From contig OZ024741.1 in NCBI GenBank assembly GCA_964016885.1, forward strand, positions 109,244,001 to 109,308,000: a DNA stretch of 64,000 nt, given 5' to 3'. Positions 1 through 12,828 of this stretch are shown here, piece after piece; within the stretch, counting starts at the first letter, position 1, and every line of letters starts with the position of its first letter. Position numbers and translations under genes: made by a program. The stretch is from Eledone cirrhosa. Lineage: Eukaryota. The notes under the pieces were generated by a model. It saw only the letters and a list, made by a program, of their open reading frames with translations. It was not told where the DNA came from and ran no database searches.

Positions 1-1098
1 TCTTGTACCCCTCTTATCTTAAAAGAAGAAGGGTGAGGGTAAACATTTCCGGGATCACACCAGAAGTAAACATGTGGTGGATATTGACTTGCATCGTCCT
101 AGAACAGTGATTCCTAACCAGTGCGCCGCGAGATCTTCCTAAGTGTGCCACGAAATTTTGAACGGCACACTAAGAAAATACGAAAAACCACGTGATCCCA
201 ATTGAGTATTCACAGTCTGTGGTGTAGCATGTTGCACCACATAGCTTTGTTCATTTAGGGATGAGCGAAATGTTTCCAAATGTCGTAATGCTAAAAATTC
301 TATAACTTTTATTGTTTCGTTCGTCATTAGTATTGATCATATGAATGGATATTTACCAATACTTGTCTCTCCCCCCCCCCCCCCCCCGGGAAGAAAAAAA
401 TATTATTATATCATGCATCTTTTTTTCACTTTTATGGTAGAACCTACCTCTAAAATTGAGACAAATGATATATTTATTTTTGATCTAGTCCTAATTTTTG
501 CTGAGATAAGACCATAAATAGTTGAAAAATAGCGTAATTTTCAGGGTTCTTTTGAGAAAATCCAAATAAGCTATGAAGATGATTTTTACATTTTTAGAAT
601 CAGAAAACCAGTCATTGTATGGTAACAGAAGCCATTTTTTGATATTTTGGAGATACAAAAATGTATCGTCATTAGTGTTCTGGACAGTTAAAAAACTGAA
701 AATAATCACATTTTTTTAATAAGAGTGACTATAACACTTTTCCAAGGCAGAATTTTTTTTAAACGGCTTCTGTCGTGATAAAGCAACTGTTATAAAGAAT
801 GTCTCCTCAAAATTTCAAGCAAATCTATCGAGTATATTTTCTGGAAAGAGCTTTGAAATTTTGAGAAGTACCCATTTTAAGAAATTGCCTGTAAAGATTA
901 GAAACGCAAATGTCAGCTTCTACCTCTGTTTCAGAACAATCTATGGATGATTCCGATGATTTAGCTCAGAATTCTCTGGCTCATGCTATTTAATGAGTCC
1001 ATGTTAGCTTCCCTTTACATATATTTTGTCTTGCTTCATCTCTATATGGCATAATTTCCTAATTTTCTGGTAGATTATCCCATCGGAAGAGTGAGTTT

Positions 1099-1445
1099 GG
1101 CCGCCATGTGATGGGGGAAGGCGTGGTCACGTGATGTGCTGAACCAATCAGCGGGCGCCATTCCCCGAATATAGCCGAAAAGGAGGCTCGATATGCATTT
1201 GCTTGTTCAATATGGGTCGATTTTCTGGCTTTTTACACCGGAGAGTTCCAGTGTTTCATCATCTTATGCTAATGAGGGTATAGTAGAGGTCTGTAGCTGT
1301 CTACTGGTGTGTGGAACATTGTAAAAATGGCGGATTTACGATGTGTTGTCAGTGCTCAAACATTGACTATTTTTGTGCGTAATACATCGAATATTGATGA
1401 TTTCCAGCTAGAAATGGTCTCATAAAACATCAACTTTAGGTAAGA
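1099..1445 (+). promoter_or_regulatory. Putative Pol II promoter cluster upstream of the hAT transposase
   Basis: GGCCGCCATG (1099, YY1-like on minus), E-box CACGTG (1128-1133), CCAAT (1144-1148), AAAATGGCGG (1324-1333, YY1-like) and a possible donor AG|GTAAG at ~1440, within a locally GC-richer patch. Confidence 0.35.
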
Positions 1446-1576
1446 AGACATATTTTTATTGTTTTGCTGTGTTTGCACACGAAAGAAAAAAGCTTTGTGG
1501 GACCGAAAGACACTGTCATCTCAATATAGACAATCCTACCCAAAACTGTCGTATTGATATTTCATGACCCTTCACA

Positions 1577-3386
1577 ATGTATGAATATTTGAAAAGGAAA
1601 GATATTAGTGACGAGTCTAAGTCCAGAGGCGAACAACCATCAACCTCTATTGTCAAAAAGAGAAACATTAATCGACAATATTGTGAAAATTATTTGAAAT
1701 TTGGATTTTATTGGTCTGGTGACGTTGACAAACCAAGTCCATCATGCGTAGTGTGCGGAGAAACTATGTCAAAGGAATCCATGGTACCAAGTAAGTTAGA
1801 AAGACATTTTAATTCAAAACATTCATCTCTGAAAGATAAAAAGCTCGATTACTTTCAAAGACTGTTAGAGTAGAAATCAAAACAGCGAAGTTATTTTGAA
1901 AAAATATTAACCGTGTCTGAACGAGCCCAACTAGCGTCAATTTAGGTGGTTGAAATAATAGCATTAAAATCTAAATCCCACACGCTTGCTGAGTCAGTCA
2001 TCCTGCCAGCTTCCAAAAAGATGGTAAAATCCATGTTTGGTGAAAAGACTGAGAAGGAATTGAACAATATCCCGCTTTCAAATGATACAATACGTAGAAG
2101 AATCCTAGTATATCGAAATATATTGAAGACAATGTTCAGAAAAAGCTTAAGAATTCTAATTTTGCTTTAACCGTGGATGAATCCACTGACATCAGTAATA
2201 CGTTTTATTGACGAGAATGAAATAATCAATCAATTTTTCGTGCTGTAAAGAAATGTCCACAACTACAAGAGGTCAAGATATTTTTGATTTGATAACATGC
2301 TACCTCGAAGGAACGAATTTGTCTTGGAAGTCCTGTGTTGGCATTTACACCGATGGAGTCCCATGTATGACAGGCTGTATTGAAGTATTTGTATCCTTCG
2401 TAGAAAAGGAAAATCCAAATCTCATTCGTACTCATTGCTTTCTACATAGAGAAGTTCTTGTTTCAAAAATATCGCAGGAAGATTTAAAGGTTGTATTACA
2501 TCAAGTTGTTGGAATGGCCAATTATATAAAAAGTAGGCCATTGAAGTCACGATTATTTGAACAACTGTGCAAAGAAGGACTCTCAGCATGTTAAGTTATT
2601 AATGCACACTGAGGTTCACTGGCTGTCGAAAGGCAAAGTACTAAATCATGTTCACGAACTACACAAGGAATTACTATCATTTTTTCTCCATGAAAAACAG
2701 GAGAAATTCTGTGAAATCCTTAGTTGCGAATTTTAGATGTCTAAAATGGAATACCTAACACAAATATTTAGTGAACTAAATAAAACAAACAGTAGTATGC
2801 AAGGTAAATACGAAAATATTCTCACTTCAACAGACAAGTTAGTTGCCCTCAAAAAGAAAATTGCGATTTGGAAAAAAAGAGCGATCACTGGCAATCTTGA
2901 TATGTTCTCTTTATTGCGTTCTACCTGCATTAGAGAAATGATCCCTATTGTGGTTTCTCATCTGACAGCCCTGGACGAAAGCATCAACAATTACTTTCCG
3001 TCATTAAAGACAGAAAAGTATAATTGGATTAGAGATCCTTTCATAAATCATTCTTCCAACATTGAACTTGAGTTACAGGAAGAAGAAGAATCGGCCACCT
3101 TTTCTAGTGACCGAGGGTTAAAATTAAAACATTCGACACTGCCCATTGATTCATTTTGGATTTCAATTCAAGAGGTGTATCCCATATTATGTAAAAGAGC
3201 TTTAGCAATTTATTACAATTTTCAACTTCTTATATATGTGAATTAGGCTTCTTAACATTAAACATCAAACACAAGAAGCGTGAGAGATTACGTACAACGG
3301 AAGAAGAAATGAGGGTGTGTCTGTCTCATATTCGACCAAACATTGAGAAAATTATGAATAAAAGCCAGGCACAAATTTCTCACTAA
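1577..3386 (+). pseudogene. hAT transposase pseudogene (BED zinc finger, DDE core, hATC dimerisation domain) with stops and frameshifts
   Basis: ORF pieces 1577-1873 (CVVC...KLERHF..KH), 1946-2170 (PLSNDTIRRRI), DESTD at ~2177, 2253-2594 (TDG, THCFLHRE), HTEVHWLSKGK at ~2605, 2737-3246, and FSTSYICELGF at ~3220; ends AQISH* at 3386. Confidence 0.92.
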
Positions 3387-4384
3387 AGAAGCCAACTATT
3401 TGACTGATGAAATTCGAAACACTGCAATAAAGTAGTTCATAGCTGTGTTTTTCTTTATTTAGTTTGAGTGTTCTATGTGTCTATGTCTAGTCTGGCTCTA
3501 CGGTTGTATGCCGTCTATGACTTGCCATGTTTTTATTTTGTAAAATTCAAATATTTTTCATATATATTTAGCCAGGTGTGCCGCTATTTTTTCATGTGTT
3601 GCAAGGTGTGCCATTGGCAAAAAAGGTTGAGAACCACTGTCCTAGAGGGAAGCAATATTCTCCTGAAGATGAAATAAACACCACAAAGAGAACTGCTCTG
3701 GGATCAGTGTGGAGGCACTGCTCTAAATGGAACCGGACAACATCTACAAGATCCCAGACCTCATCGGCCTACATACAATTTTGCTGAACTAATAATACTC
3801 CACCTAATAGAGTACTGGATATTATCTTCTTTTAGAAGCCAGATTAACTTAGATTCCTTTACCTATCTTGCTGTGGAACATAAAATCTCATTTGAACTAT
3901 GAAATATTCTTTGCCTTTATATGGTTGTATTACCAATTCATATAATCTACTATATATATAGTAGAAAATACACACATATATACAAAACACACACACAAAA
4001 TCGTGCACACTCACATACATAGAAACAACAGCCCCATAAACATACTCACAGACATACTCACACGCACACACATGCACAAAAAACAAAGAGCTCACAGACA
4101 TACATACACACACACTCACCAGTGTGCGCACACCAACAATATAAAACTCTGAGACACCCCTGTGTTTATACACTCACACAGACTAAAGCAACACACATAC
4201 CAATTTCATCCCTTCGCCACACACACAACCCCACCCATGGTACTCTTGGAACCTCCACTTCGGCTCCCACCCCAATGCCATACCTCGCACCTACCATGCC
4301 CAATCTATTAATCTCCGCCTAACAACTTTTATTAACTTCATTTCCTGCTTTCTCATACTTACCTGTTGTCTCTTTATCCGCACT

Positions 4385-4418
4385 TTCCTGAGGAAGGACT
4401 TCTGCCAGAAACGTCGAA
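4385..4418 (+). ncRNA. Degenerate minimal hammerhead ribozyme in a PLE pLTR remnant
   Basis: ttc-CTGAGGA-agg..cca-GAAA-cg-TC-gaa. The downstream AAGCGTGAACCTAATAT is shared with the 43618 unit. The upstream frame RTYHAQSINLR resembles the PLE endonuclease C-terminus. Confidence 0.5.
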
Positions 4419-4530
4419 CCCTTCTCCCCTTCATCCAAGCGTGAACCTAATATCACTTTGTATTTTTTGCATCTGTGTTTGTTTCGTTTCGTTTATCAAG
4501 TATATATACATACATATATATATATATATA

Positions 4531-4710
4531 TAACGAAGGAATTGTGGTAAGGAACCAGAGTACTCAATACTTAGGGTAGTAGAGTGGGTAATAGAAAACA
4601 GTATGACCCCGACCGCAGAGCTCTAGCCGTTTCGACGGCTATTTCTGGACTCAGAAATAGCCTTCGAAACGGCTTGAGCTCTGCCGTCGGTGTCATACTG
4701 TTTCCTATAT
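4531..4710. repeat. (TA)n-flanked fold-back element; family also at ~39158-39330 and ~45057-45195
   Basis: Shared start AACGAAGGAATTGTGGTAAGGAACCAGA. Palindrome ...GAGCTCTAGCCGTTTCGACGGCTATTTCT / AGAAATAGCCTTCGAAACGGCTTGAGCTC... Confidence 0.75.
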
Positions 4711-5741
4711 ATATATATATATATATGATAATAATGATGGCTGCACGTTGCAAATGGTGGGGCATGTGAAAAAGTAAGTCCTTCATCAGTGACCCTCCAA
4801 CCGTCCCAGGCATTTCATCGCTTTAAGGGCCATATGCCTCAGGTTGGTGCGAACAACGGCTAAAAAAAGTCGTTGGGACACGTAAACAAAGGGGACGCCA
4901 GGGTAACAAACAAAAAGTTTTAAGCAACGGAAAGTGAGAAGAAAGAGACAAGTCCCAGATCTCTATGAATATAAACTCGGTGAAATCGTGAACAAGAGAC
5001 AAAAGACCATCAAACCTGGTTGAAATGTGAGCAAGGAAAGAATTTCGCACAAGTCTAACGGGGGGGGGGGGAAGAGAAGAAGAAGAAGAAGAAGAAGAAG
5101 AAGATAAAGGGGTCTGGTCTACGAATTCGGTAAACATAAGTTTTGTGAAGTCGCAGACGAAAGAGAGAGAAAAAAAATTTCCATACCAGCTTGGTCAAGA
5201 CCGCGCGAGAAAAGAATTACACACAGGTCAAACTTGAAGGAGGAGGAGGAAAGAGGAGGAGGAGAGATAGTGACAGAGATAAACGGAAAAAATGAAACGA
5301 TATTTCATTTCCCACTCTTAGTACGGCTGTTACTTAAATATAAGTATGTACACGTACATACATATATGTATACCGACGTACAGTAGTATGTATATACATA
5401 TATACATACATGCACACACATATATATATGCACGTATGGATTCACCGAACATTTATTATAATGCTCGGTGTGTTTGTAAACAAACATCCCGTATTAAGCC
5501 GTAGTGTCTAGCAACCACCGTTGCTCGTTTGTTCAACACTGACAAAGGAACGCTGTACTAGTTTCAAGCTTGTTAGCTATCGTCAGCAACGTATACCTTC
5601 CTGCCAGATTGTTGAACGTATATACTTACCTTATGCATATTAACGGCTGAGTAGCCCAATTTGCATATCGAGTGGGTTAATCGGCCGGGTGCACCGAAAA
5701 CGATAAACGGAAAAAATGAAACGATATTTCATTTCCCACAA

Positions 5742-6410
<669 letters not shown>

Positions 6411-6491
6411 AAGATTTAGCTTCAGATATTGCTGTATACGGATATGTATAGAAATTTTGTATTTCTAAAGAAATATGGTATGTTTACAGGT

Positions 6492-6899
6492 AAATATTTA
6501 GAAAGCGCTAGTTATGCAAAAAAACACCAGGGCTAACGCTCTCTGGTGGTGTCCAGCAGAAGCAAGGGCGACGATCGTTGATGCATTTTGGAATTAACTG
6601 GTCCTCATCAAGACGATCCCTTCCACACTTGTGACTGCTGGACATGAAAATAGTCGAGAATATATAGTTTTCTTGTCTGTGTAAATGAGGTTATTAAACT
6701 CATTTGCATATGAAGCTGCATAAGTTGGCTCAACTTATAATAGAATAGAATTAGGATTTAGTGTGGGAGGGATCGTCCTGATGAGGACGAATTAAATCCG
6801 AAATGTATCGACGATTGTCTCCCTTGCTTCTGCTGGACACCACCAGCGGGCATTAGATCCGGTGTTTGTTGCATAGCTACGGCTTTCTAAATGTTTACC
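6492..6899. mobile_element. Inverted (head-to-head) pair of PLE-type pLTR units, each carrying a hammerhead
   Basis: Arms ~6492-6629 and ~6760-6899 are imperfect reverse complements; microsatellite tracts lie on both sides. Confidence 0.8.
6772..6815 (+). ncRNA. Minimal type-I hammerhead ribozyme
   Basis: atcgtc-CTGATGA-gga(cgaattaaa)tcc-GAAA-tgta-TC-gacgat, with a 6-bp stem I. The mirror copy (6575-6618, minus) has the palindromic loop TGCA but core mutations (TTGATGA, AAAA). Confidence 0.85.
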
Positions 6900-6920
6900 G
6901 TGTTTCTTTAGAAATACAAA

Positions 6921-6980
<60 letters not shown>

Positions 6981-7067
6981 ATACACACACATAAATATAT
7001 ACATACAAACACACACACACATACAAAATATATACCTAAATATATATATATACAAACACACACACAC

Positions 7068-7125
<58 letters not shown>

Positions 7126-7729
7126 GTGTAGATGAGTTGGTAACAACCTTATAAGGGCAAAGAATATTTCAATGTTCTAATGTGTTATATGTATATTGCT
7201 ATATATATATATATATATATACATGAGTGCAAATATATTTATTTTATTCGTTTGCTAGGATCAGCCACACTGAAAACCAATTATGTCTGCTGATCAGCCA
7301 AATTGATTTCGGTTTATAAGGTGAAGTCGGAAATTCATGAAAGTAATCACATTTCTATTGTTTTGTTTTGTATTCTGTGAGGGTAGTTTTTCTAACTGCA
7401 GTTGTTGAAGATATTCACTTCTACTAATTAGATTATCATTGCTTAATTTTACATGGAGTTCTAATAGGCAATGTTTGGTATTCCATGTAAGTTCCTATTC
7501 CAACTACAAAATATTTCTTCTGCATTCAGCGCATTACATATGACTTTTTTGCTTGTTTTTTACTTGGATGTTGCTGACGAATATCAGACCATCGAAGTAT
7601 TTTCTATGGTTCTTGATAATGTTGACGTCTTACTTGGCGTCGACTAGAAAATAATTAACACTAAGTATAACTAAGCCGATCGGTATAAGACAGAATGAAT
7701 AAAAAAAATTAGCTTCTTTCTCTCTTTTT

Positions 7730-7799
<70 letters not shown>

Positions 7800-7981
7800 C
7801 TCTCTTTCCATCTCTCTCTCTCTGTATACATATATAGCAAATTAAAAAGACGTAATAAGGTCCCAAAAGGAAGGGACACGTATAGTCATTAAATAGAGCA
7901 AAGCTTTCACATTTAACAATTAAACAGCCACCCAGTTATTAATCTAACCATTGACTGGATTATTTACTCAACTAATAATAA

Positions 7982-8018
<37 letters not shown>

Positions 8019-8023
<5 letters not shown>

Positions 8024-8750
8024 GACGTAAAATAAGAAAATTATAAAAATTTACTTACTTACTATAATTTCACTCCAACTAATTAGTTTCTGAAAGGGAA
8101 TAAACATGGTTTCCGATTGGAACTACATGGAGAAATATCCTATCGTCATCAGGGAGATCTGTTCTCAGCTAAGTTCCCAGGCAAAGCGTAGACACAGGGA
8201 ACTTATACAAAAATTATTCAGTGGATGGAAAAAAGCAAGCGAGGACTAGATTCCAGGACATTGGAAAAATCACTGCCTACTTAGTCGGTGGCGAATTCAA
8301 AAGAATCAATCACGTGACATCGAGGTCAATCAGTGGGGAGTGAGGGTGTTAATAAGACAGCAGCCCGGCTATTACTATGAAGCATAGCAGTAGTTTTGGC
8401 AAATTTTTGCTCAACAAAATAATTTGGAGATAATTATAAAGAATTAGTATATCTACCAACATATATATACAGATGTATACCTATGCTAGCAAATATATAG
8501 GTTTTGTCTTAGTAACTTTGTGGTTCAATGCAAGGGGATGCAGAACAATTATATGAAAGACGTAAAATAAGAAAATTATAAAAATTTACTTACTTACTAA
8601 AATTTCACTCCAACTAATTAGTTTCTGAAAGGGAATAAACATGGTTTCCGATTGGAACTACATGGAGAAATATCCTTTCTCATCAGGGAGATCTGTTCTC
8701 AGCTAAGTACCCAGGCAAAGCGTGGACACAGGGAACTTATACAAAAATAA
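8019..8750 (-). mobile_element. Penelope-like element 3' end: tandem pLTR, ORF tail, pLTR
   Basis: Direct repeat 8019-8215 / 8554-8750 adjoining (TA)n. The minus frame IVLHPLALNH between the repeats resembles the PLE endonuclease end motif L..P.GLN. Homologous to 25080-25404. Confidence 0.75.
8073..8156 (-). ncRNA. Type-I hammerhead, long stem II variant (second copy 8608-8690, minus)
   Basis: ctcc-CTGATGA-c-ga(t/a)agg...cctttc-a-GAAA-ctaattag-TT-ggag; the 8608 copy lacks the c after the core. Confidence 0.75.
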
Positions 8751-8751
8751 T

Positions 8752-10690
8752 GTTGTTTATTTCTTGGACACTAGGGCCGAAGCATAAAGGACAATACAAA
8801 AGGAAAAACAGTGGACATTTATCTAAGACGTGCAAAAACAGATAACAGGTAACAATTAACAACAAATTTATAAGAATAAAATCCCCTCAAAGAGGGAGTA
8901 CCACCCATGGGTAACTGAGTAACCCCACAAATCCTAATCTCCATGACACCAACGGAAGGTGCCCATCTCCTCTCTAAACACTCCAGCCTACAGGATCATG
9001 CTCAGAATAGGGCTATTTACTCGGTCCATCCTCGCTACATTCACCAACCTTTTAATAAATATACTGGGAGGCAGCACTTCTCTTTCCACCCTCATCTTTT
9101 TTTCCAAGTGGATCTTAAAAAGGTTGGCGAGGGCTTGACCGAAAAGTAAAGTATATGACTTCAGTCCTTCCAACCACATCCACCACACGCCAGACAGAGA
9201 AGAATTGCCTGCCCTTGCCAGGCAAAAGAAGGTGGCGTTGTGATCTTAATGATGGACTCAAGCAATATCCGGATCCGTCATACACGCCTTAATAGCTGTT
9301 CGACAAAATTTCACATGTCAGCCATGCGTGGACGCGGGAGGAGTGCGTGTGGGACGGTTTCATCATTCTGTGCATATCTCGGACATGTCCGTCTGACAAT
9401 ACTTGCGTGCCTGTTGATTTTATCTCGAAATGAAGGTTTTCTAGCTGCCTGAAGAAATACAGCTTTTATGCCCCAGTCAGGGCTTAGATGGCCATCAGTC
9501 TAAAAACACCATCCAGGACCATATCCAGGACCACCATCTTACCATCCGTGTCCAAGAAGAACGTTAGTACCCCGAAATCTAAGTATTTCCTAAACACCAC
9601 TGCCATCCCGCCTCCCATTCAAGGCTAACTAAGAAATGCATGTCTCAGTCGTTAAGAATGGGGGCTGTTGTTTTTCTCTATTGGAATGGTGCAGAACGTT
9701 TTTTTTTTCTGGCGGGGGAGGATGTTTACCCTCTTCTTCGCTGCGTTTTTTTGTCTGAGTCATTTGTCTCAGATCGCTGTTGTACTGAGAATGTGTGAGT
9801 GATTGTGTGTGAGTTTAGAAGAGGAGGAGTCACCCTGGGTGATTTTTATGACTCATGCTGTTGTTGTTGGTGGTGAGTGTGGTGGTGGTTCTGTTGCTGC
9901 TCTTGATGGTGTTGTTTAATTTGCTGGTGTTGGTGCTTCTGCTACTGCTACTGTAGTTGGTCGTGTTGTTGCTGATGCTGTGGTTGTTGGTGCCACTGTT
10001 GAGGTTGCGTTGCTGTTGTTGTTGTTGTTGTTCACTGTTAGTGTTGTTATTGTTGTGACTTTGGGGGGGTCTTGGTTTTCGGCAGACCCCCAAAGTCACA
10101 ACAATAACAGCACCGTCTTCGGTTGAGGGCAAAAATCTCTTAGGTGGTTTGTCTCTCCGCATAAATGACAACGTGGTTTTTTGTCTTCAATGACAACGTT
10201 TAGAGCTACGCCACCTAGTAGGTGAATGAAGCCAGGGTGGGTGCATGCTGGAGGATCTCTAAACATATCCCTGAGCAGTATGCCCTCTAGATGTCACTAT
10301 CTTCTCGTTCCACACAAGCCTGGATCCACCAGATATCCGATCCTGGCGGGACATCGGTGATGTTGACCATTACAGTTATTTTTCCATGCTAAGAGGAGAA
10401 TAATATCAATTGGTATGTCCGAATAGGGACCACAGACCAGAAATCGGATTTTGAAGAGTGTTGAAATGGCGGCCTAATGCCTTGCTCTACCTATATAATC
10501 TACATAGGACATAATGTCTTTTACTGCTCCTTCACACTCACTTCATGGTGCCTCTTCTGGCCATCTCGATCGCATAGAAATTGTTCTGAAGAACAGAGTC
10601 TTTTTATCCTTCCTGCTAATACCCCAGTCGAGACGGCTATTTCGTTCTTCTGATTTCCTGCTTAATTAATCTGGACGCTTGTGTCAAATG
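8752..10690 (-). mobile_element. Internally deleted, decayed Tx1 LINE interrupting the second pLTR copy
   Basis: 8988-9188 (WW..LEGL...MRVEREVL...VNVARM) is homologous to the C-terminus of ORF2 at 45483. The 3' UTR GGACAATACAAAAGG resembles that of the other Tx1 copies. ORF1-like low-complexity pieces occur at 9830-10600. The 5' boundary is approximate. Confidence 0.75.
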
Positions 10691-11597
10691 GTTTTCTTTT
10701 TTTGTATGCATATGGTGAATTATTCAGCTGCTTTGACAGCCTCGCCTGCAAATGTACTGTTATTGTTGTTGCTTTATTGAATTATTATTTATTTATTTAT
10801 TTATTTATGTTGTTGTTGTTACTGTTGTCATCATTTTTAATTACTTGTGTTTTGGTGTTTGATTGTGTTGTATTTGGCAGAATCAAGTGTGCGTCGACAA
10901 CATGCTTTGCATCATATAATTACAGTCCTTTACGTTCTGAGTTCAAATTTCTCTTAGGTTAGCTTTGCCTTCATCCTTACGGGATCAATAAAATACAGTA
11001 CCAGCAAACGTACTCGCGTCGAGTTATTTGACTTTCCTCTTCCCTTCAAATTACTGGCTTTCTGCCAAAAGCAGAAACAATTATTCGCTGCTCTAACTGT
11101 GGTGTTGTTTCTGGTGGTGTTGTTGTTGTGATTGTGCTGCTGCTGCTGCTGCTGCTGCTTCTGCTTCTGCTACTACTACTGCTGTCTCTCTATCTACAGC
11201 TGCCACTGCTGACGGTACTGCCATGGTGCTGTTTCTGGCGTGGCTGCCGGTGCAGCTGCTGTCATTGATTTTTACAACTTTGCAGTTCCGTTCTGTGGAA
11301 AGCTGGTGCTTCTTTTCAGCAGACGAAAATACTTCACCCGCCATCTTTTTATTATGATGAGTGTGTTTGCTAAATCAACCTTGGTTTAGCTAGTAAGGGC
11401 TACAGCTGGAGAAAACTGACCAGCTCCCAAATGATCTCGTTAGTTTATATATAAAACGTAACAAATGTTCAACATATTACTTTCTGCAACAATAGAATAC
11501 CAAACTTACAAGACCGATGTGCAACACGTTTCGACAAGCGAGTGAACATGGTAATAGTAATGATAATAATCATTATCATTATTATCATTGTTATCAA

Positions 11598-11790
11598 AGG
11601 GCGGTGGATTGGCAGTATCAGTAGAGGGTCGGACGCCATGCTTTCCAGCATAGTTACGTCCCTTTACGATCTGAGTTCAAATCCCGCCGAGGTTGACTTT
11701 GCCTTTCATCCTTACGGGGTCGATAAAATAAAGTACCAGTAATGCACTGGGTAATTGCTGGCATTGTGCCTAAAGTAGAGACAATTATCA
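11598..11790 (+). mobile_element. tRNA-derived SINE (dominant family; middle domain resembles the MetaSINE domain)
   Basis: A-box-like TGGCAGTATCAGTAG, B-box GAGTTCAAATCCC, GCCTTTCATCCTTACGGGGTCGATAAAATAAAGTACCAG, and a tail AAAGTAGAAACAATTATT. A decayed copy sits at ~10925-11085. Confidence 0.85.
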
Positions 11791-12729
11791 TTATTATCAT
11801 TGTTATTATTATTATTATTATTATAAATGTGTAAAAGATGGTGAAAGAGGAAATAATGGTGAAACATAACATTCTCAGACATGCCAAAGATAAAACTAAA
11901 ATAGTTGAATCAAAAACGGTAATCTTCGAAATAAATCACTGTAGCTTTTGTTGTTGGCATTATTTTACTCCATGACAGATCACATTTCAACTGGTAACTG
12001 CCGGATTCTATAAAAAGATGGCTGATTTTCATGAACATTCTTTCTACCTTCTCGTTAAGAAGAGTTCTACAACCATCATAGCTATCACCACTACCTGCAC
12101 CACCACCACTACCTCCACCAGTATCACTACTACTACTATTGTTACAAATGCTATTACTAGTGCAACCACCATCACCACTATTACAATAACAACTACTACT
12201 ACTACTGTATGTACCTTGATTACTTCAACATGATATAACTGGCCTGTAGTTCATGAAAAGTGAAAATGATCTATATTTGTGTAACGTTAGTTTTACGAGT
12301 GAAATGTTTTCTTTTTGTTTGTTTTCTTTCTTTTTATGTGTTAAATGTTTTTGTTTGGGATTTCTTGATGGGTAAAGGCTTTAATGTTTAATTCCTTTCA
12401 TACCAGAATCTTTCTTTTTATTTGTTTTAGTGATTTTTTTCTTCTTTTTATTCATTTGTTGTTTTATATGTGCAAGCATTTGAGTGTGTGGGTGTGTACG
12501 CATGTGTGCGTTTGTGTGTGTGGACATGTGTGTACGCATGTGTGTGCGCATGCGTATGTGAGCACGCGTGTGTGTGTATGTTTGTGTGAGCACGCGTGTG
12601 TGTGTCAGTGTGTGTGTGTGTGCACACGGGTGTGTGTTTTGTTTTTACTGTTACACTAACTTCATTTCCTGAGTGTTTCTAGACCCTACCCAGTTTTTCT
12701 TGCTTTCGTTGTTGTCCTTTTGTTGTCAT

Positions 12730-12794
12730 TGTTTTGTTGTTGTTGTTGCCGTTATTGTTGTCATTGTAGTTAACGTTGTTGTCATTGTAGTCAA

Positions 12795-12828
<34 letters not shown>

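Larger units (their letters stand above)
105..3639 (+). mobile_element. Full-length decayed hAT DNA transposon (Buster/Charlie group)
   Basis: TIRs CAGTGATTCCTAACC (105-119) and GGTTGAGAACCACTG (3625-3639) match 12/15. TSD TCCTAGAA (97-104) / TCCTAGAG (3640-3647) has the central TA typical of Buster elements. Transposase remnants lie inside. Confidence 0.92.

Noticed and set aside
11093-11344. 83-aa minus ORF with a good start context (AAGATGGCG)
   Set aside because: It runs into (GCA)n/(CAA)n repeats, has no recognisable domain and no supporting exons, so I cannot support it as a host gene.
11598-11700. tRNA genes
   Set aside because: The A and B boxes belong to SINE heads; there is no cloverleaf.
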